A stretch of DNA of 64,000 bases from Candidatus Latescibacterota bacterium (GTDB lineage: Bacteria > Latescibacterota > MVCY01 > DTYK01), in contig DTYK01000230.1 in NCBI GenBank assembly GCA_012961925.1, positions 797-64,796 of the forward strand. The letters are read 5' to 3'. Positions 10,004 to 19,858 of the stretch are shown here, piece after piece. Each line of letters opens with the position of its first letter. Within the stretch, counting starts at the first letter, position 1. The position numbers and the translations under genes are program-made. Under the pieces are notes generated by a model, which was given only the letters and a program-made list of their open reading frames with translations, ran no database searches and was not told where the DNA came from.

Positions 10004-11329
10004 ATGGTTAAAGACAAGGAATACGTGCTAAACGCTGTTAAGGAGAACGACGTGAAGTTCATCAGGTTATGGTTCACGGATGTCCTTGGATTTCTCAAGA
10101 GCTTCGCCATAACAGCAGAAGAGTTGGAGATCGCCTTAGATGAGGGGGTAGGTTTTGATGGTTCTTCTATCGAGGGTTTTGCAAGGATAGAGGAGAGCGA
10201 CATGATCGCCATGCCCGATCCAACTACTTTCCAGATCCTTCCATGGAGGCCTAAAGAGCAGGCTGTTGCCAGGATGTTCGCTGATATCTTAGAGCCGGAC
10301 GGCAGACCGTTTGAAGGCGATCCACGATATGTACTGAAAAAGATCCTTCAGCGTGCCAGAGAGATGGGCTTCACTTATTACCTTGGCCCTGAGCTCGAGT
10401 ATTTCTACTTCAAGACATCTGATGGGACAGAGATCCTGGATAAGGGAGGCTATTTCGATCTCACTCCGCCTAACCTTGCCCAGGATTTAAGGCGTGAGAC
10501 GATCTTTGCGTTGGAAAGCCTGGGCATTCCGGTTGAATGCAGCCACCATGAGGTTGCGCCATCTCAGCATGAGATCGACCTCCAGTATGCAGATGCGCTC
10601 ACAATGGCAGATAATGTCATGACCTATCGGCTTGTGGTAAAGGAGATTGCTCAACAGAAAGGTTTTTACGCTACCTTCATGCCGAAGCCCATATTTGGCG
10701 TGAACGGAAGTGGCATGCATGTGCACCAATCCCTTTACAAAGACGGCAAGAACGCCTTCTTTGACCATGACGATGTCTACCACCTCTCCCAGATGGGAAA
10801 ATCTTTCATTGCTGGTCTGCTGAAACATGCAAGGGAGATAACCTCGGTCACCAACCAGTGGGTGAACTCCTATAAGCGTCTCGTACTGGGATATGAAGCA
10901 CCCGTATACATCTCCTGGGCCCAGAGGAACAGATCGGCCTTGGTGAGGGTGCCTCTATATAAACCCGGCAAGGAGGGGGCGACTAGGATTGAGTTCAGGT
11001 CTCCGGACCCGGCCTGCAACCCCTACCTTGCCTTCTCAGTGATGCTGGCCGCAGGGCTGGAGGGAATAGAAAGGGGTTACGAACTGCCTGAACCCGTAAC
11101 AAACAACATATTCGAGATGACCGAGGAAGAAAGGGAGATGGCGGGGATAGACTCCTTACCCGAAAATCTGCTGGAGGCAATCAGGTTGACCGAAAGAAGT
11201 GAATTGGTAAAGAGGGTATTGGGCGAAAAAGTGTTTACGTACTTCATCAGGAACAAAAAAGCCGAGTGGGAGGAGTATAAGTCCCAGGTAACACAGTATG
11301 AGCTCGATAGATACCTGTCGATACTTTAA
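10004..11329 (+). CDS. glnA: glutamine synthetase type I
   Basis: 441-aa protein starting MVKDKEYVLNAVKENDVKFIRLWFTDVLG, with GS catalytic motifs (..MHVHQSL.., ..NRSALVRVP..). Confidence 0.95.
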   Translation: MVKDKEYVLNAVKENDVKFIRLWFTDVLGFLKSFAITAEELEIALDEGVGFDGSSIEGFARIEESDMIAMPDPTTFQILPWRPKEQAVARMFADILEPDGRPFEGDPRYVLKKILQRAREMGFTYYLGPELEYFYFKTSDGTEILDKGGYFDLTPPNLAQDLRRETIFALESLGIPVECSHHEVAPSQHEIDLQYADALTMADNVMTYRLVVKEIAQQKGFYATFMPKPIFGVNGSGMHVHQSLYKDGKNAFFDHDDVYHLSQMGKSFIAGLLKHAREITSVTNQWVNSYKRLVLGYEAPVYISWAQRNRSALVRVPLYKPGKEGATRIEFRSPDPACNPYLAFSVMLAAGLEGIERGYELPEPVTNNIFEMTEEEREMAGIDSLPENLLEAIRLTERSELVKRVLGEKVFTYFIRNKKAEWEEYKSQVTQYELDRYLSIL

Positions 11330-11434
11330 GGACACCTTTGGGGAGCTATAAACATGCCGTAACTTTTAGAAACACAGCAGTTAATCTCGCATTTCTTTCG
11401 ACGTGCAAGACACTTATCGATGTGAAGCTCAGAG

Positions 11435-12214
11435 GTGTCGGAAAGCCAGAGAAGGAGAGGGCTTGCTTTGGCTCCAGAATCAAATCTACCACAAAGGATA
11501 AGCTCATGGATCAGGGAAAGGGTCCGCGAGGCTGGGGCAGATGGGGTTGTGGTAGGGCTGAGTGGAGGAGTGGACTCCTCTGTCGTGGCAGCATTAGCAA
11601 GGATGGCACTCGGCGAGAGGCTGCTCGGCCTGATAATGCCATGCCAGAGCAAGACATCCGACATTGAAGATGCCCGTCTGGTGGCAAGAAGGCTGGGCAT
11701 TAAGATGAAGGAGATCCCCCTGGACCCCATCTACGAGAGTTTCCTCGAGATCCTTCCCCCTGGGGATAGATTAACCAGAGCCAACCTCAAGGCCAGATTG
11801 AGAATGGTTACTCTATACTATTATGCCAACGGTCTCAACTACCTGGTAGCAGGTACAGGCAACAAAAGTGAACTGTCAATAGGCTATTTCACCAAGTACG
11901 GCGATGGAGGAGTTGATATACTACCTCTTGGAGGCCTTTTGAAGACCGAGGTGAAACAGCTTGCCAGAGAGCTCCGGATACCCGAGAGGATAATAGAAAA
12001 GATCCCCAGTGCCGGCCTCTGGGAGGATCAGACCGATGAAGAGGAGATGGGGATGAGCTATGAGGAACTGGACAGAGCTATACTGGCCATAGAATCCGGG
12101 GATGCCAGCGGGCTAACCTCAGAGATTTTGGACAAGGTGGCGGAGATGATGAAGGCTTCCAGGCACAAAAGGCAGCCGCCGCCGGCCTTCGAAAGGCAGG
12201 GAAAAATGCACTGA
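11435..12214 (+). CDS. nadE: NH3-dependent NAD+ synthetase
   Basis: PP-loop SGGVDSSV, 259 aa. The exact start is uncertain; the ATG at 11435 gives a ~38-aa lead before the P-loop. Confidence 0.85.
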   Translation: MSESQRRRGLALAPESNLPQRISSWIRERVREAGADGVVVGLSGGVDSSVVAALARMALGERLLGLIMPCQSKTSDIEDARLVARRLGIKMKEIPLDPIYESFLEILPPGDRLTRANLKARLRMVTLYYYANGLNYLVAGTGNKSELSIGYFTKYGDGGVDILPLGGLLKTEVKQLARELRIPERIIEKIPSAGLWEDQTDEEEMGMSYEELDRAILAIESGDASGLTSEILDKVAEMMKASRHKRQPPPAFERQGKMH

Positions 12215-12300
12215 GAACCCTTCTGGATAAGCTTGCCAGACCTCCTTTACGTAAATTTCTCAGGGGCGGGCAAAGGCGATCATAGTTTGGGATGAGCCAC

Positions 12301-13242
12301 CTATACCTGCCTTTTTCTCCTCATGAGCTCTACAAGCCTTCTGTTGAACTCCCTGGCGGGATGGATGCCGCTCACCTTCAAGAGGTGGTTGAGGGCGACT
12401 ATCTCCGCAATGACTGTGATGTTCTTGCCGGGGTATATCGGAATGGCGACCACAGGGATCTCTATATCCAGGATAGATGTGGTCTTCTCTTCAAGTCCGA
12501 TCCTCTCGTAGTCAAGCGATTCATCCCAATCGACTAGCCGAACCTCTACTTCTATCCTCTTCTGCAACCGTACAGCTCTGATACCGAAGGTCCTTCGTAC
12601 ATCTATAATACCGACTCCGCGTATCTCTATATGGTGACGTAGGATATCGCTACCGGTGCCCATCAGTATGCCCTGAGCCCTTCTGGTGATTACAACCACA
12701 TCATCTGCAACCAGACGATGGCCCCGCTCCACAAGGTCGAGTGCTATCTCGCTCTTCCCTATCGAACTCCTCCCGGTGAAGAGAAGTCCCACGCCATAGA
12801 CATCCACCAGTGATGCATGCATGGTGATCTGTGGGGCAAAGACCTCATCGAGGTAGAGGTTAAAAAGATGAATAAACTTCGTAGTGGCGAATTTTGTCCT
12901 GAGCAAGGGTATCGCCCTTTTGTTTGAGAGCTCTGACAGGAGGGGAAAGGGCTCATTGTTGCCAGTAATCACTATACATGGGAGGTCAAACTGATATATG
13001 GTCTCCAATGCCTGGCGCCTCGCATCCTCACTAAGCCCCCTCAGGTAGATCATCTCAGTGTTGCCAAGCACCTGAACTCGATCGAAGGTGTAAAGTTCCA
13101 CAAACCCGGCAAGGGCCAGGCCAGGACGATGGATCTCCCCACTTGTCAGCGTTCTGTCCAGACCCTCTTGGCCAGCAATGAGTTTCAGGGCCAGTCTCCT
13201 ACGATTTTGTTTAAGCAGTTCACGAATGGTTATCTCCTTCAT
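12301..13242 (-). CDS. hprK: HPr kinase/phosphorylase
   Basis: 313-aa protein with Walker A GRSSIGKSE and the conserved HprK C-terminal domain. Confidence 0.9.
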   Translation of the reverse strand: MKEITIRELLKQNRRRLALKLIAGQEGLDRTLTSGEIHRPGLALAGFVELYTFDRVQVLGNTEMIYLRGLSEDARRQALETIYQFDLPCIVITGNNEPFPLLSELSNKRAIPLLRTKFATTKFIHLFNLYLDEVFAPQITMHASLVDVYGVGLLFTGRSSIGKSEIALDLVERGHRLVADDVVVITRRAQGILMGTGSDILRHHIEIRGVGIIDVRRTFGIRAVRLQKRIEVEVRLVDWDESLDYERIGLEEKTTSILDIEIPVVAIPIYPGKNITVIAEIVALNHLLKVSGIHPAREFNRRLVELMRRKRQV

Positions 13243-13907
13243 CTGGAAATCCCCCTTAGGGCATAATCCCTCAGAGTTTTAATGTTGTCCTCCACATTAC
13301 CCGGTCCAAAGATGGCCGATCCTGCAACGAGGATGTGAGCCCCAGCCTTTGTGACTAAAGGTGCTGTCTTATGATATATCCCGCCGTCAACTTCGATCTT
13401 GGCCTTCAGCCTGTCTTCGTCAATCCACCGGCGGAGGTTCTTTATCTTCTCCACCGAAGAGGGGAGGAAAGTCTGACCGCCGAAACCAGGGTTGACCGAC
13501 ATGACAAGAACAACGTCCAAAAGGCCCAGATATCTTCTTAGCCTGTCTGGAGGCGTTTCAGGGTTAAGGGCAACACCGGCGCAGACTCCCGTTGCAGAGA
13601 TATGGCGGAGGGCACCAGCAATATCATCACAGGCCTCAACATGGAGGGTGATACAGTCTGCACCACTTGCAGCAAAAGCATCGAGGTGCCTGTCAGGCCG
13701 TTGGATCATCAGGTGGACGTCAAGTTTCAAGTCGGTAAGCCTGCGCACTGCTTCCACAATGAGAGGCCCAAAGGTTATGTTCGGGACAAAATTCCCGTCC
13801 ATCACATCCAGATGGAGGAGATCTGCACCGCCTTTCTCTGCTTTCCTTATCTCATCCCTCAGGCAACCGAAGTCAGCCGCAAGCAGTGATGGGGCTATCT
13901 TGATCAT
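13239..13907 (-). CDS. rpe: ribulose-phosphate 3-epimerase
   Basis: Sequence MIKIAPSLLAADFGCLRDEIRKAEKGGADLLHLDVMDGNFVPNITFGP. Start taken at the internal ATG at 13907. Confidence 0.9.
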   Translation of the reverse strand: MIKIAPSLLAADFGCLRDEIRKAEKGGADLLHLDVMDGNFVPNITFGPLIVEAVRRLTDLKLDVHLMIQRPDRHLDAFAASGADCITLHVEACDDIAGALRHISATGVCAGVALNPETPPDRLRRYLGLLDVVLVMSVNPGFGGQTFLPSSVEKIKNLRRWIDEDRLKAKIEVDGGIYHKTAPLVTKAGAHILVAGSAIFGPGNVEDNIKTLRDYALRGISR

Positions 13908-13954
13908 ACGAGAATTCCTTCTAATTCGTAAAGGAAAACAGGGGACAGAGAACC

Positions 13955-14689
13955 TCAAAGTTTACTGACTACCAGGTCGATCTCGGCCCCTTTTCTTACC
14001 CGCCCTCCCGCAGGAATAGACTGTCTTAGAACGGTGTCTGGAAGATATTCAAGGCTTGATTGATAGGTTACCCTGCCGAGCCTTAAACCCATCCTCTCCA
14101 GGAGATCAGAGGCTTCCTGGAGACTTTTTCCGACCAGGTCGGGCATTAGAGCCAGCTCCGGTGGACCAGTACTAACCACCAGATCAATAAGCACATCTTT
14201 ACCTGCAAGTTCTCCTGGCTCGGGGATCTGCGAAATAACCACACCTTTTGGAAATTCATAAGAAGGCTGGCCAGTTATTGTTCCCGTCTTAAATCCTATC
14301 TGATCAAGAATCAGCATTGCCTGCCGCTGGGAGACACCACGGACATCCGGAACCTCATATAAACGGGCACCTCTACTGATAGCCACAAAGACACGACGTC
14401 CCCTTTTCACCCAGGAGTAAGGGGGCGGCGACTGAGAGATGACCGCTCCCTCTGGCAGCTCCTCATTCTCCTCCTGACGCTCCACCACCAAAAGGAGGCC
14501 CCGCTTTTGAAGGATATCCCTAGCCTCTTCAAGCCCTTTCTCTGTGACATCGGGCACTTCAACATCCTGGCCATGTTTAACCACCCATGGCATCACAACC
14601 CGATCCACGATGAAGAATCCCACGACCAGAGGAAGAAATGCCGCACAAATGAAGGGCAGGAAGCGCTTTCGAAATTTAGAAGATGTCAC
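13955..14689 (-). CDS. membrane-anchored PASTA-domain protein (three PASTA repeats, no kinase domain)
   Basis: An N-terminal transmembrane helix followed by three repeats of the ..VPDVxG.....A...L...G.......P.G.V..Q.P..G......I.L.VS.G pattern. It sits between rsmB and rpe, where Firmicutes carry prpC-prkC-rsgA. Confidence 0.7.
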   Translation of the reverse strand: MTSSKFRKRFLPFICAAFLPLVVGFFIVDRVVMPWVVKHGQDVEVPDVTEKGLEEARDILQKRGLLLVVERQEENEELPEGAVISQSPPPYSWVKRGRRVFVAISRGARLYEVPDVRGVSQRQAMLILDQIGFKTGTITGQPSYEFPKGVVISQIPEPGELAGKDVLIDLVVSTGPPELALMPDLVGKSLQEASDLLERMGLRLGRVTYQSSLEYLPDTVLRQSIPAGGRVRKGAEIDLVVSKL

Positions 14690-14749
14690 AATTGAAAATC
14701 TGAGTTAACCTGCGGTTAAAAACGAAAATTCCTATACCCTCATGTTAGA

Positions 14750-16081
14750 CTAATCAGATCTTTTGCGGAGTCTCGCTGCAAAGGATCCATCACAACCGTG
14801 CTTATGAGGAAAGGTCCTGACAAAACTATCTGCAACTTCTGATGATAGAAATTCCGACGCTTTCTCAAGTTCAAAAGCGGAGTTTCGCATAAGGAAGGCC
14901 TCTATGATCATCTCATTCTCCTGCGGCTCAATTGAACAGGTGCTGTACACTATGACTCCTCCCGCTCTTGTCAACTCTGCCCCCTTTTTTAAAAGAGCAC
15001 TCTGGAGTTGTGTCAATTGATCGATCGTCTCTTCCGCCTTCCAGCGAGCATCGGCCCTCCTGGCAAGAACACCAAGTCCGGAGCAGGGGACATCAACCAG
15101 GACCCTGTCAAAGGGTTGGGCGGCGTATCTTAAAGCGTCCTGCGCTTCTGCATGTATAATGCTTATCCCGAGCCTCCCGGAGTTTTCTTGCAACATCCTA
15201 AGACGACCCTTTTGCTTGTCCAAGGCGACGATCAAACCTATATTTCGCATAAGCTCGGCCACATGGGTCGCCTTCCCTCCTGGTGCGCTGCACACATCAA
15301 GAATCCTCTCGCCCGGATGCGGGTCCAGAAGGATACTTACCAGTCCGGCACTTGGATCCTGCACCTGAAGCCAGCCATCGGCAAAGGCCGTGGTCTCAAA
15401 CAGACCCTCCGCACACTCAAGGTCAAGGAAGTTAGAGACAAGTTTGTTCGGCTGTGCTACAATCCCGGCCTTGCTTAGCTCCTTCATCAACCTTTCAGGG
15501 GTAGTTTTCAGGGAGTTGGTCCTTATTGAAACCTTCGGAGAGAGATTGTTTGCCTTGCAAAGCTGGGCAGTCTCCTCAAACCCCCATCGTTTGATCCAGC
15601 GTTCTACCATCCATTCCGGATGGGAATAAAAAACAGACAGGTATGCCACCGGATCTCTGTCCCTATCAGGGTAACTGATATTGCCCTTTTCCCTGACGAG
15701 CGTACGTAGAACAGCATTAACAAGACCGGCCGTTCCGGGATGTCCATATTTGGTGGCCAGATTCACCGATTCATTCACGACAGCCCATGGCGGAACCCTA
15801 TCGAGGAAGAGGATCTGATAAGCCCCCAGACGAAGGATGTTCCGTATCCAGGCGGTGAGATCTTCCAGGTCCTTATGGACAAATTTCCGGAGGACCCAGT
15901 CGATCCGCCCTCTCCATCTCGTGGTGCCCAGAACCAGTTCTCGGACGAAGCCTTTGTCCTTCTGGATTAAATTCGCAGAAGAGATGCCATCCAATAGTTT
16001 ATCGGCGTAAGCCCCATCCTCCACTCGTCTTAAAAACCTGAGGGCGATCTCCCTGGCAGTTAGTGTAGTATAAGCAGACAT
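14750..16081 (-). CDS. rsmB: 16S rRNA (cytosine967-C5)-methyltransferase RsmB/Sun
   Basis: NusB-like N-terminal domain plus a SAM-dependent methyltransferase domain with the catalytic Cys region (DVPCSGLGV..). Confidence 0.85.
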   Translation of the reverse strand: MSAYTTLTAREIALRFLRRVEDGAYADKLLDGISSANLIQKDKGFVRELVLGTTRWRGRIDWVLRKFVHKDLEDLTAWIRNILRLGAYQILFLDRVPPWAVVNESVNLATKYGHPGTAGLVNAVLRTLVREKGNISYPDRDRDPVAYLSVFYSHPEWMVERWIKRWGFEETAQLCKANNLSPKVSIRTNSLKTTPERLMKELSKAGIVAQPNKLVSNFLDLECAEGLFETTAFADGWLQVQDPSAGLVSILLDPHPGERILDVCSAPGGKATHVAELMRNIGLIVALDKQKGRLRMLQENSGRLGISIIHAEAQDALRYAAQPFDRVLVDVPCSGLGVLARRADARWKAEETIDQLTQLQSALLKKGAELTRAGGVIVYSTCSIEPQENEMIIEAFLMRNSAFELEKASEFLSSEVADSFVRTFPHKHGCDGSFAARLRKRSD

Positions 16082-16088
16082 GGCGCTC

Positions 16089-16131
16089 AGATTCGCTTTT
16101 TCAGTGTTCAGTTTCAGGTGTCCGGATTCAG
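16089..16131. repeat. copy 1 of the ~40-nt conserved motif (GATTCGCTTTTTCAGTGTTCAGTTTCAGG-TGTCCGGATTCAG) between the FGGY kinase and rsmB
   Basis: Aligns with the copies at 44388-44426 and 59052-59092. Confidence 0.5.
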
Positions 16132-16202
16132 TTTTCTCATTTCCGCCGGTCCTTCTGAAGGGCTGACGTAACTTCTCCCCCGTAGCCTTCTGATGCTACC
16201 CA

Positions 16203-17708
16203 TCACAGGCGATAGCTTATCTCCCTGATTGCTGGATATATCTGTTTATAAATATGGAACTTCTCCTCGTAGATTTTGTTCTTCTCTCTATCAGGTTCAA
16301 AAGTCCGTTTTACCTTTACGAGGTTACGGACGGCCGAATCAATAGAATCATATGCGCCGATAGCCACCCCTGCCAGTATAGCAGTCCCCAATGCTCCTGC
16401 TTCGGAGACATACAGGGAAGAGACTGGTTTCCCGGTGATATCAGCTTTAAGCTGTATCCACTCGACTGATTTTGCCCCTCCGCCTGTAGCCCTCATGTTG
16501 TCAATTGGCACACCTGATCCTTCGAGTAATTCAACGTTCAACTTCATCTCAAATGTGGTGCCCTCTAAGATCGCCTTTACAATCTCCTCCCTTCTCGTTC
16601 CCAAAGTCAATCCGAGCATGGCACCTTTCGTCTTTGTGTCGAAGTAAGGGGTGCCACTTATTGTAAAATGAGGCAGTATCATCACGCTGGACGGTTTTTC
16701 TGGTAACTTTTCCAGGATAATTTCATAAGGATCTACCCCTCTCTTATTTGCCAGCAACGTCTCTTCCATCGCAAAATTGTCCCTGTACCATCTCAGGAGC
16801 GAACCACCGGTATAGTTGAACGCCACCGTCGTGTATAGTCCAGGGACTACATGGGGATAACACGAGAAGTTGTTTCGAAACATACCTTCGCTGGGTATGG
16901 GCCGATCAAAGGCTGGGGTGATACAATCGGTGGTCCCGGTTCCCCAGGCGGCCATGCGCCCTGTGATAATCCCCGAACCAAGGGCATTGCAGGGCTGATC
17001 ATGCCCTCCTGTAACCACTTCGACTCTATTCGGAAGCCCGAGCTCTTCAGCAACTCCCCTTGATACCCTCCCGATTACTGTGCCGGAGGGTTTCACCTCG
17101 GGCAGGATCTCCTCATCGATCCCTGCGACTTCCAGCAGTTTCTTCGACCACTCCTTTTGTCTGATATCGAAGGCCATGGTCCTGGCTGCGAGGGAGTAGT
17201 CTGTCACAGGGTCCGTACCCAACAGGTAGTAGGTGTATTCTTCAAAGCAGAGAAACTTGTAAAGTCTTCCAAAGACCTTAGGTTCGTTCTCTTTTAGCCA
17301 GATCAGCTTCAGGATCGTGTGCATGGGGTGGAGTGCCATTCCTGAGATATGAAAGGTTTCCTCCGGGGATATCAGTTCCTTCCACCAGATCGCTGTCTCC
17401 CTGGTTCTGGCATCGAAGGAGATCGGAGAGTTATACAGGATCTGGCCATCCCTTGAGAGCGGCACGCCTGCCTCCCCCTGAGCTGACACTGCCAGGGCCC
17501 TGATCGGATCCCTTTTCGTCCTATGGGCCACCTCCGAGATCACCTCTTTAATTGCGGAAGTGACCTGGTAAGGGTCAAGTTCCAGCCAACCCGGCCTGGG
17601 TTCCAGCAACGGATACTCCCGGTAAGCGGAGGTGATGATCTCCCCCTCCAGGCTAAAGGCTACCGCCTTGGTACCTGTCGTCCCCACGTCGATGCCAAGT
17701 AGACTCAT
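16203..17708 (-). CDS. FGGY-family carbohydrate kinase (xylulokinase/L-fuculokinase-like)
   Basis: N-terminal GIDVGTTGTKA and a C-terminal FGGY domain; 501 aa. The substrate cannot be assigned from sequence alone. Confidence 0.75.
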   Translation of the reverse strand: MSLLGIDVGTTGTKAVAFSLEGEIITSAYREYPLLEPRPGWLELDPYQVTSAIKEVISEVAHRTKRDPIRALAVSAQGEAGVPLSRDGQILYNSPISFDARTRETAIWWKELISPEETFHISGMALHPMHTILKLIWLKENEPKVFGRLYKFLCFEEYTYYLLGTDPVTDYSLAARTMAFDIRQKEWSKKLLEVAGIDEEILPEVKPSGTVIGRVSRGVAEELGLPNRVEVVTGGHDQPCNALGSGIITGRMAAWGTGTTDCITPAFDRPIPSEGMFRNNFSCYPHVVPGLYTTVAFNYTGGSLLRWYRDNFAMEETLLANKRGVDPYEIILEKLPEKPSSVMILPHFTISGTPYFDTKTKGAMLGLTLGTRREEIVKAILEGTTFEMKLNVELLEGSGVPIDNMRATGGGAKSVEWIQLKADITGKPVSSLYVSEAGALGTAILAGVAIGAYDSIDSAVRNLVKVKRTFEPDREKNKIYEEKFHIYKQIYPAIREISYRL

Positions 17709-17736
17709 CTGTGTCTGGGTTGAATGTTAGAAGGTA

Positions 17737-18954
17737 CTATTGCGGTTCATCATCGCCCTCCACCAACTCCACCTGGCAGAGGGCACTGCCCTTGTGGAAG
17801 CGTACCCTGACCTGGTCTTTAGGCGCAAGCACTGAGCTATCCCTGACGATCATCATCTCAGGAAGTTTCCTGCAGATGCTGAAACCGCGGCGGAAGGCGG
17901 ATAGCGGGCTCAGTGCATCGAGCATTCCAGTAGCAGCCTTCCAGGCTGAGGTCTTCCCCATCACGAGGCGGTCGAAGGTCCTGAGAAGCCCCCTCTCCAG
18001 TTCATCCACCCTTTGCCAGCGTTGGTTTATGACGTCCGGGAACCTCTGAAAGAGATAGCTGGATCGGAGGTCATTGAGCTCTGCCTCTGCCTCTCGAAGG
18101 CGGTCCTGGACCGCCTTCGTGCACCGCCGGTATAGGAAATCAACCATTTTAAGTAATTCGCCCTTATCTCTCACAGCCAGTTCCGCCGCAGCAGAGGGAG
18201 TGGGTGCCCTTTTATCGGCAACAAAATCGGCTATCGTGAAGTCAATCTCGTGTCCGACGGCGGAAATGATTGGTATTCTTGAACGATATATCGCTCTGGC
18301 GACCGTCTCTTCGTTAAAGGCCCAGAGTTCTTCTATAGATCCACCCCCTCTTCCGACGATGAGAAGATCGGCCTTTTCGTACTCGTTGAACTCATCGATG
18401 GCCATAGCTATCTCTTCAGCGGCACCTTCGCCCTGTACCTTGACAGGACGAAGGATTATTTGGACGCCAGGGAATCTCCTGCCAATGATATTGCAAATAT
18501 CTCTTATAGCAGCACCTGTAGGTGAGGTGATGACGCCTATGATCTCCGGGTATTCAGGGAGAGACCGCTTATGCCGCTCGTCAAAAAGGCCTTCAGTCCT
18601 GAGTCTGTTCTTCAACCGCTCAAAGGCCAGCTGTAACTCGCCAACTCCGGTGGGCTGGAGCTGCCTGACCACAAGCTGATATTGCCCCGACCTCTCATAG
18701 AGAGAGATATCGCCCTGAGCAAGAACCTTCATTCCATTCACAGGCATGAAAAAGAGTCTCCCCGCCTCTGTCCTCCACATAACACATCTGAGTTGACTGG
18801 ATTCGTCCTTCAGTGTGAAATATAAGTGCCCTGAAGAGTGGTGGGTGAAATTGGAGACCTCCCCCTGAACCCAAATGGTGGGGATGCTGGTCTCCAGGAG
18901 CATTTTTATGTGTCTGGTTATCTCTGATACGGTATAGAGCCGGGGCTCAATCAT
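17737..18954 (-). CDS. xseA: exodeoxyribonuclease VII large subunit
   Basis: OB-fold N-terminus (VSEITRHIKMLLE..IWVQGEVSNFTHHSSGHLYFTLKD) and a catalytic domain. Start taken at the ATG at 18954 (MIEPRLY..), just after the ymdB stop. Confidence 0.85.
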   Translation of the reverse strand: MIEPRLYTVSEITRHIKMLLETSIPTIWVQGEVSNFTHHSSGHLYFTLKDESSQLRCVMWRTEAGRLFFMPVNGMKVLAQGDISLYERSGQYQLVVRQLQPTGVGELQLAFERLKNRLRTEGLFDERHKRSLPEYPEIIGVITSPTGAAIRDICNIIGRRFPGVQIILRPVKVQGEGAAEEIAMAIDEFNEYEKADLLIVGRGGGSIEELWAFNEETVARAIYRSRIPIISAVGHEIDFTIADFVADKRAPTPSAAAELAVRDKGELLKMVDFLYRRCTKAVQDRLREAEAELNDLRSSYLFQRFPDVINQRWQRVDELERGLLRTFDRLVMGKTSAWKAATGMLDALSPLSAFRRGFSICRKLPEMMIVRDSSVLAPKDQVRVRFHKGSALCQVELVEGDDEPQ

Positions 18955-18958
18955 AAGG

Positions 18959-19789
18959 CTACTCCCCATCAGAAGGATCGGCTTTCTCTTCAAACTGTCT
19001 TGAGCTATCTGGGTAGTCCATCCGTACCCTCTCGATCTTCCTTGCCTTCCCCGTAGATTCATCAGCCTCGATTAACACACCACAGAGTTTAAGGTTGTTG
19101 GTAGCTGGTCTGAGTTTCACAGGTATCTGCAGAAGGAAACGTCTTATAGCAGCCTCCTTTTGGACACCGATGACCGAGTCGTGTGGACCGGTCATCCCGG
19201 CGTCGGTGATGTAGGCCGTCCCCCCCGGCAAAATCGTTTCGTCACAGGTCTGGACATGGGTGTGCGTTCCTATCACCGCTGTCACCTTGCCATTTAGGTA
19301 CCAGCCAAGGGCCATCTTTTCAGAGGTTGCCTCCGCATGAAAATCAACTATAATTATGTTGGTTACCTCCCTCAGTTTTTCTATCTCCCTTTGGCCGACC
19401 CGGAAGGGGCAGTCGAGTTCCCTGATATAGGTTCTGCCTTGAAGGTTCAATACGCCAACCAATGTACCGGATTTTGTCTGGAATATCACAGAACCTTTAC
19501 CCTCAACCCCAGGAGGGTAGTTTGCAGGGCGGATCAGATATTCCGCCCTCTCTATGTAGGGGAGTGCATCCTTTTTGTCCCACACATGGTTGCCACTTGT
19601 AATTACGTGGACTCCATACGTGTGGATCTTCTCGGCTATCTTCTCCGTAATACCCGTTCCTCCTGCCGCATTCTCTCCGTTTGCTATGCACAATTCCACA
19701 TCGTATCTTTTGATCAGATGAGGAATAAGTTCAGCGGCTATTCGTCTACCCGGTCTGCCGCAGATGTCGGCTACAAAGAGTATGTTCAC
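18959..19789 (-). CDS. ymdB: YmdB-family metallophosphoesterase (2',3'-cyclic nucleotide phosphodiesterase)
   Basis: Sequence MNILFVADICGRPGRR...GNHVWDKK, the calcineurin-like YmdB family. The conserved rny-ymdB gene pair is present. Confidence 0.85.
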   Translation of the reverse strand: MNILFVADICGRPGRRIAAELIPHLIKRYDVELCIANGENAAGGTGITEKIAEKIHTYGVHVITSGNHVWDKKDALPYIERAEYLIRPANYPPGVEGKGSVIFQTKSGTLVGVLNLQGRTYIRELDCPFRVGQREIEKLREVTNIIIVDFHAEATSEKMALGWYLNGKVTAVIGTHTHVQTCDETILPGGTAYITDAGMTGPHDSVIGVQKEAAIRRFLLQIPVKLRPATNNLKLCGVLIEADESTGKARKIERVRMDYPDSSRQFEEKADPSDGE

Positions 19790-19858
19790 ACCTGTCCTTT
19801 CGTTTTTATGAGATCGTTTTTGAAGGATCCCCGATGGGGTACGGGATTATCCCCTTTG

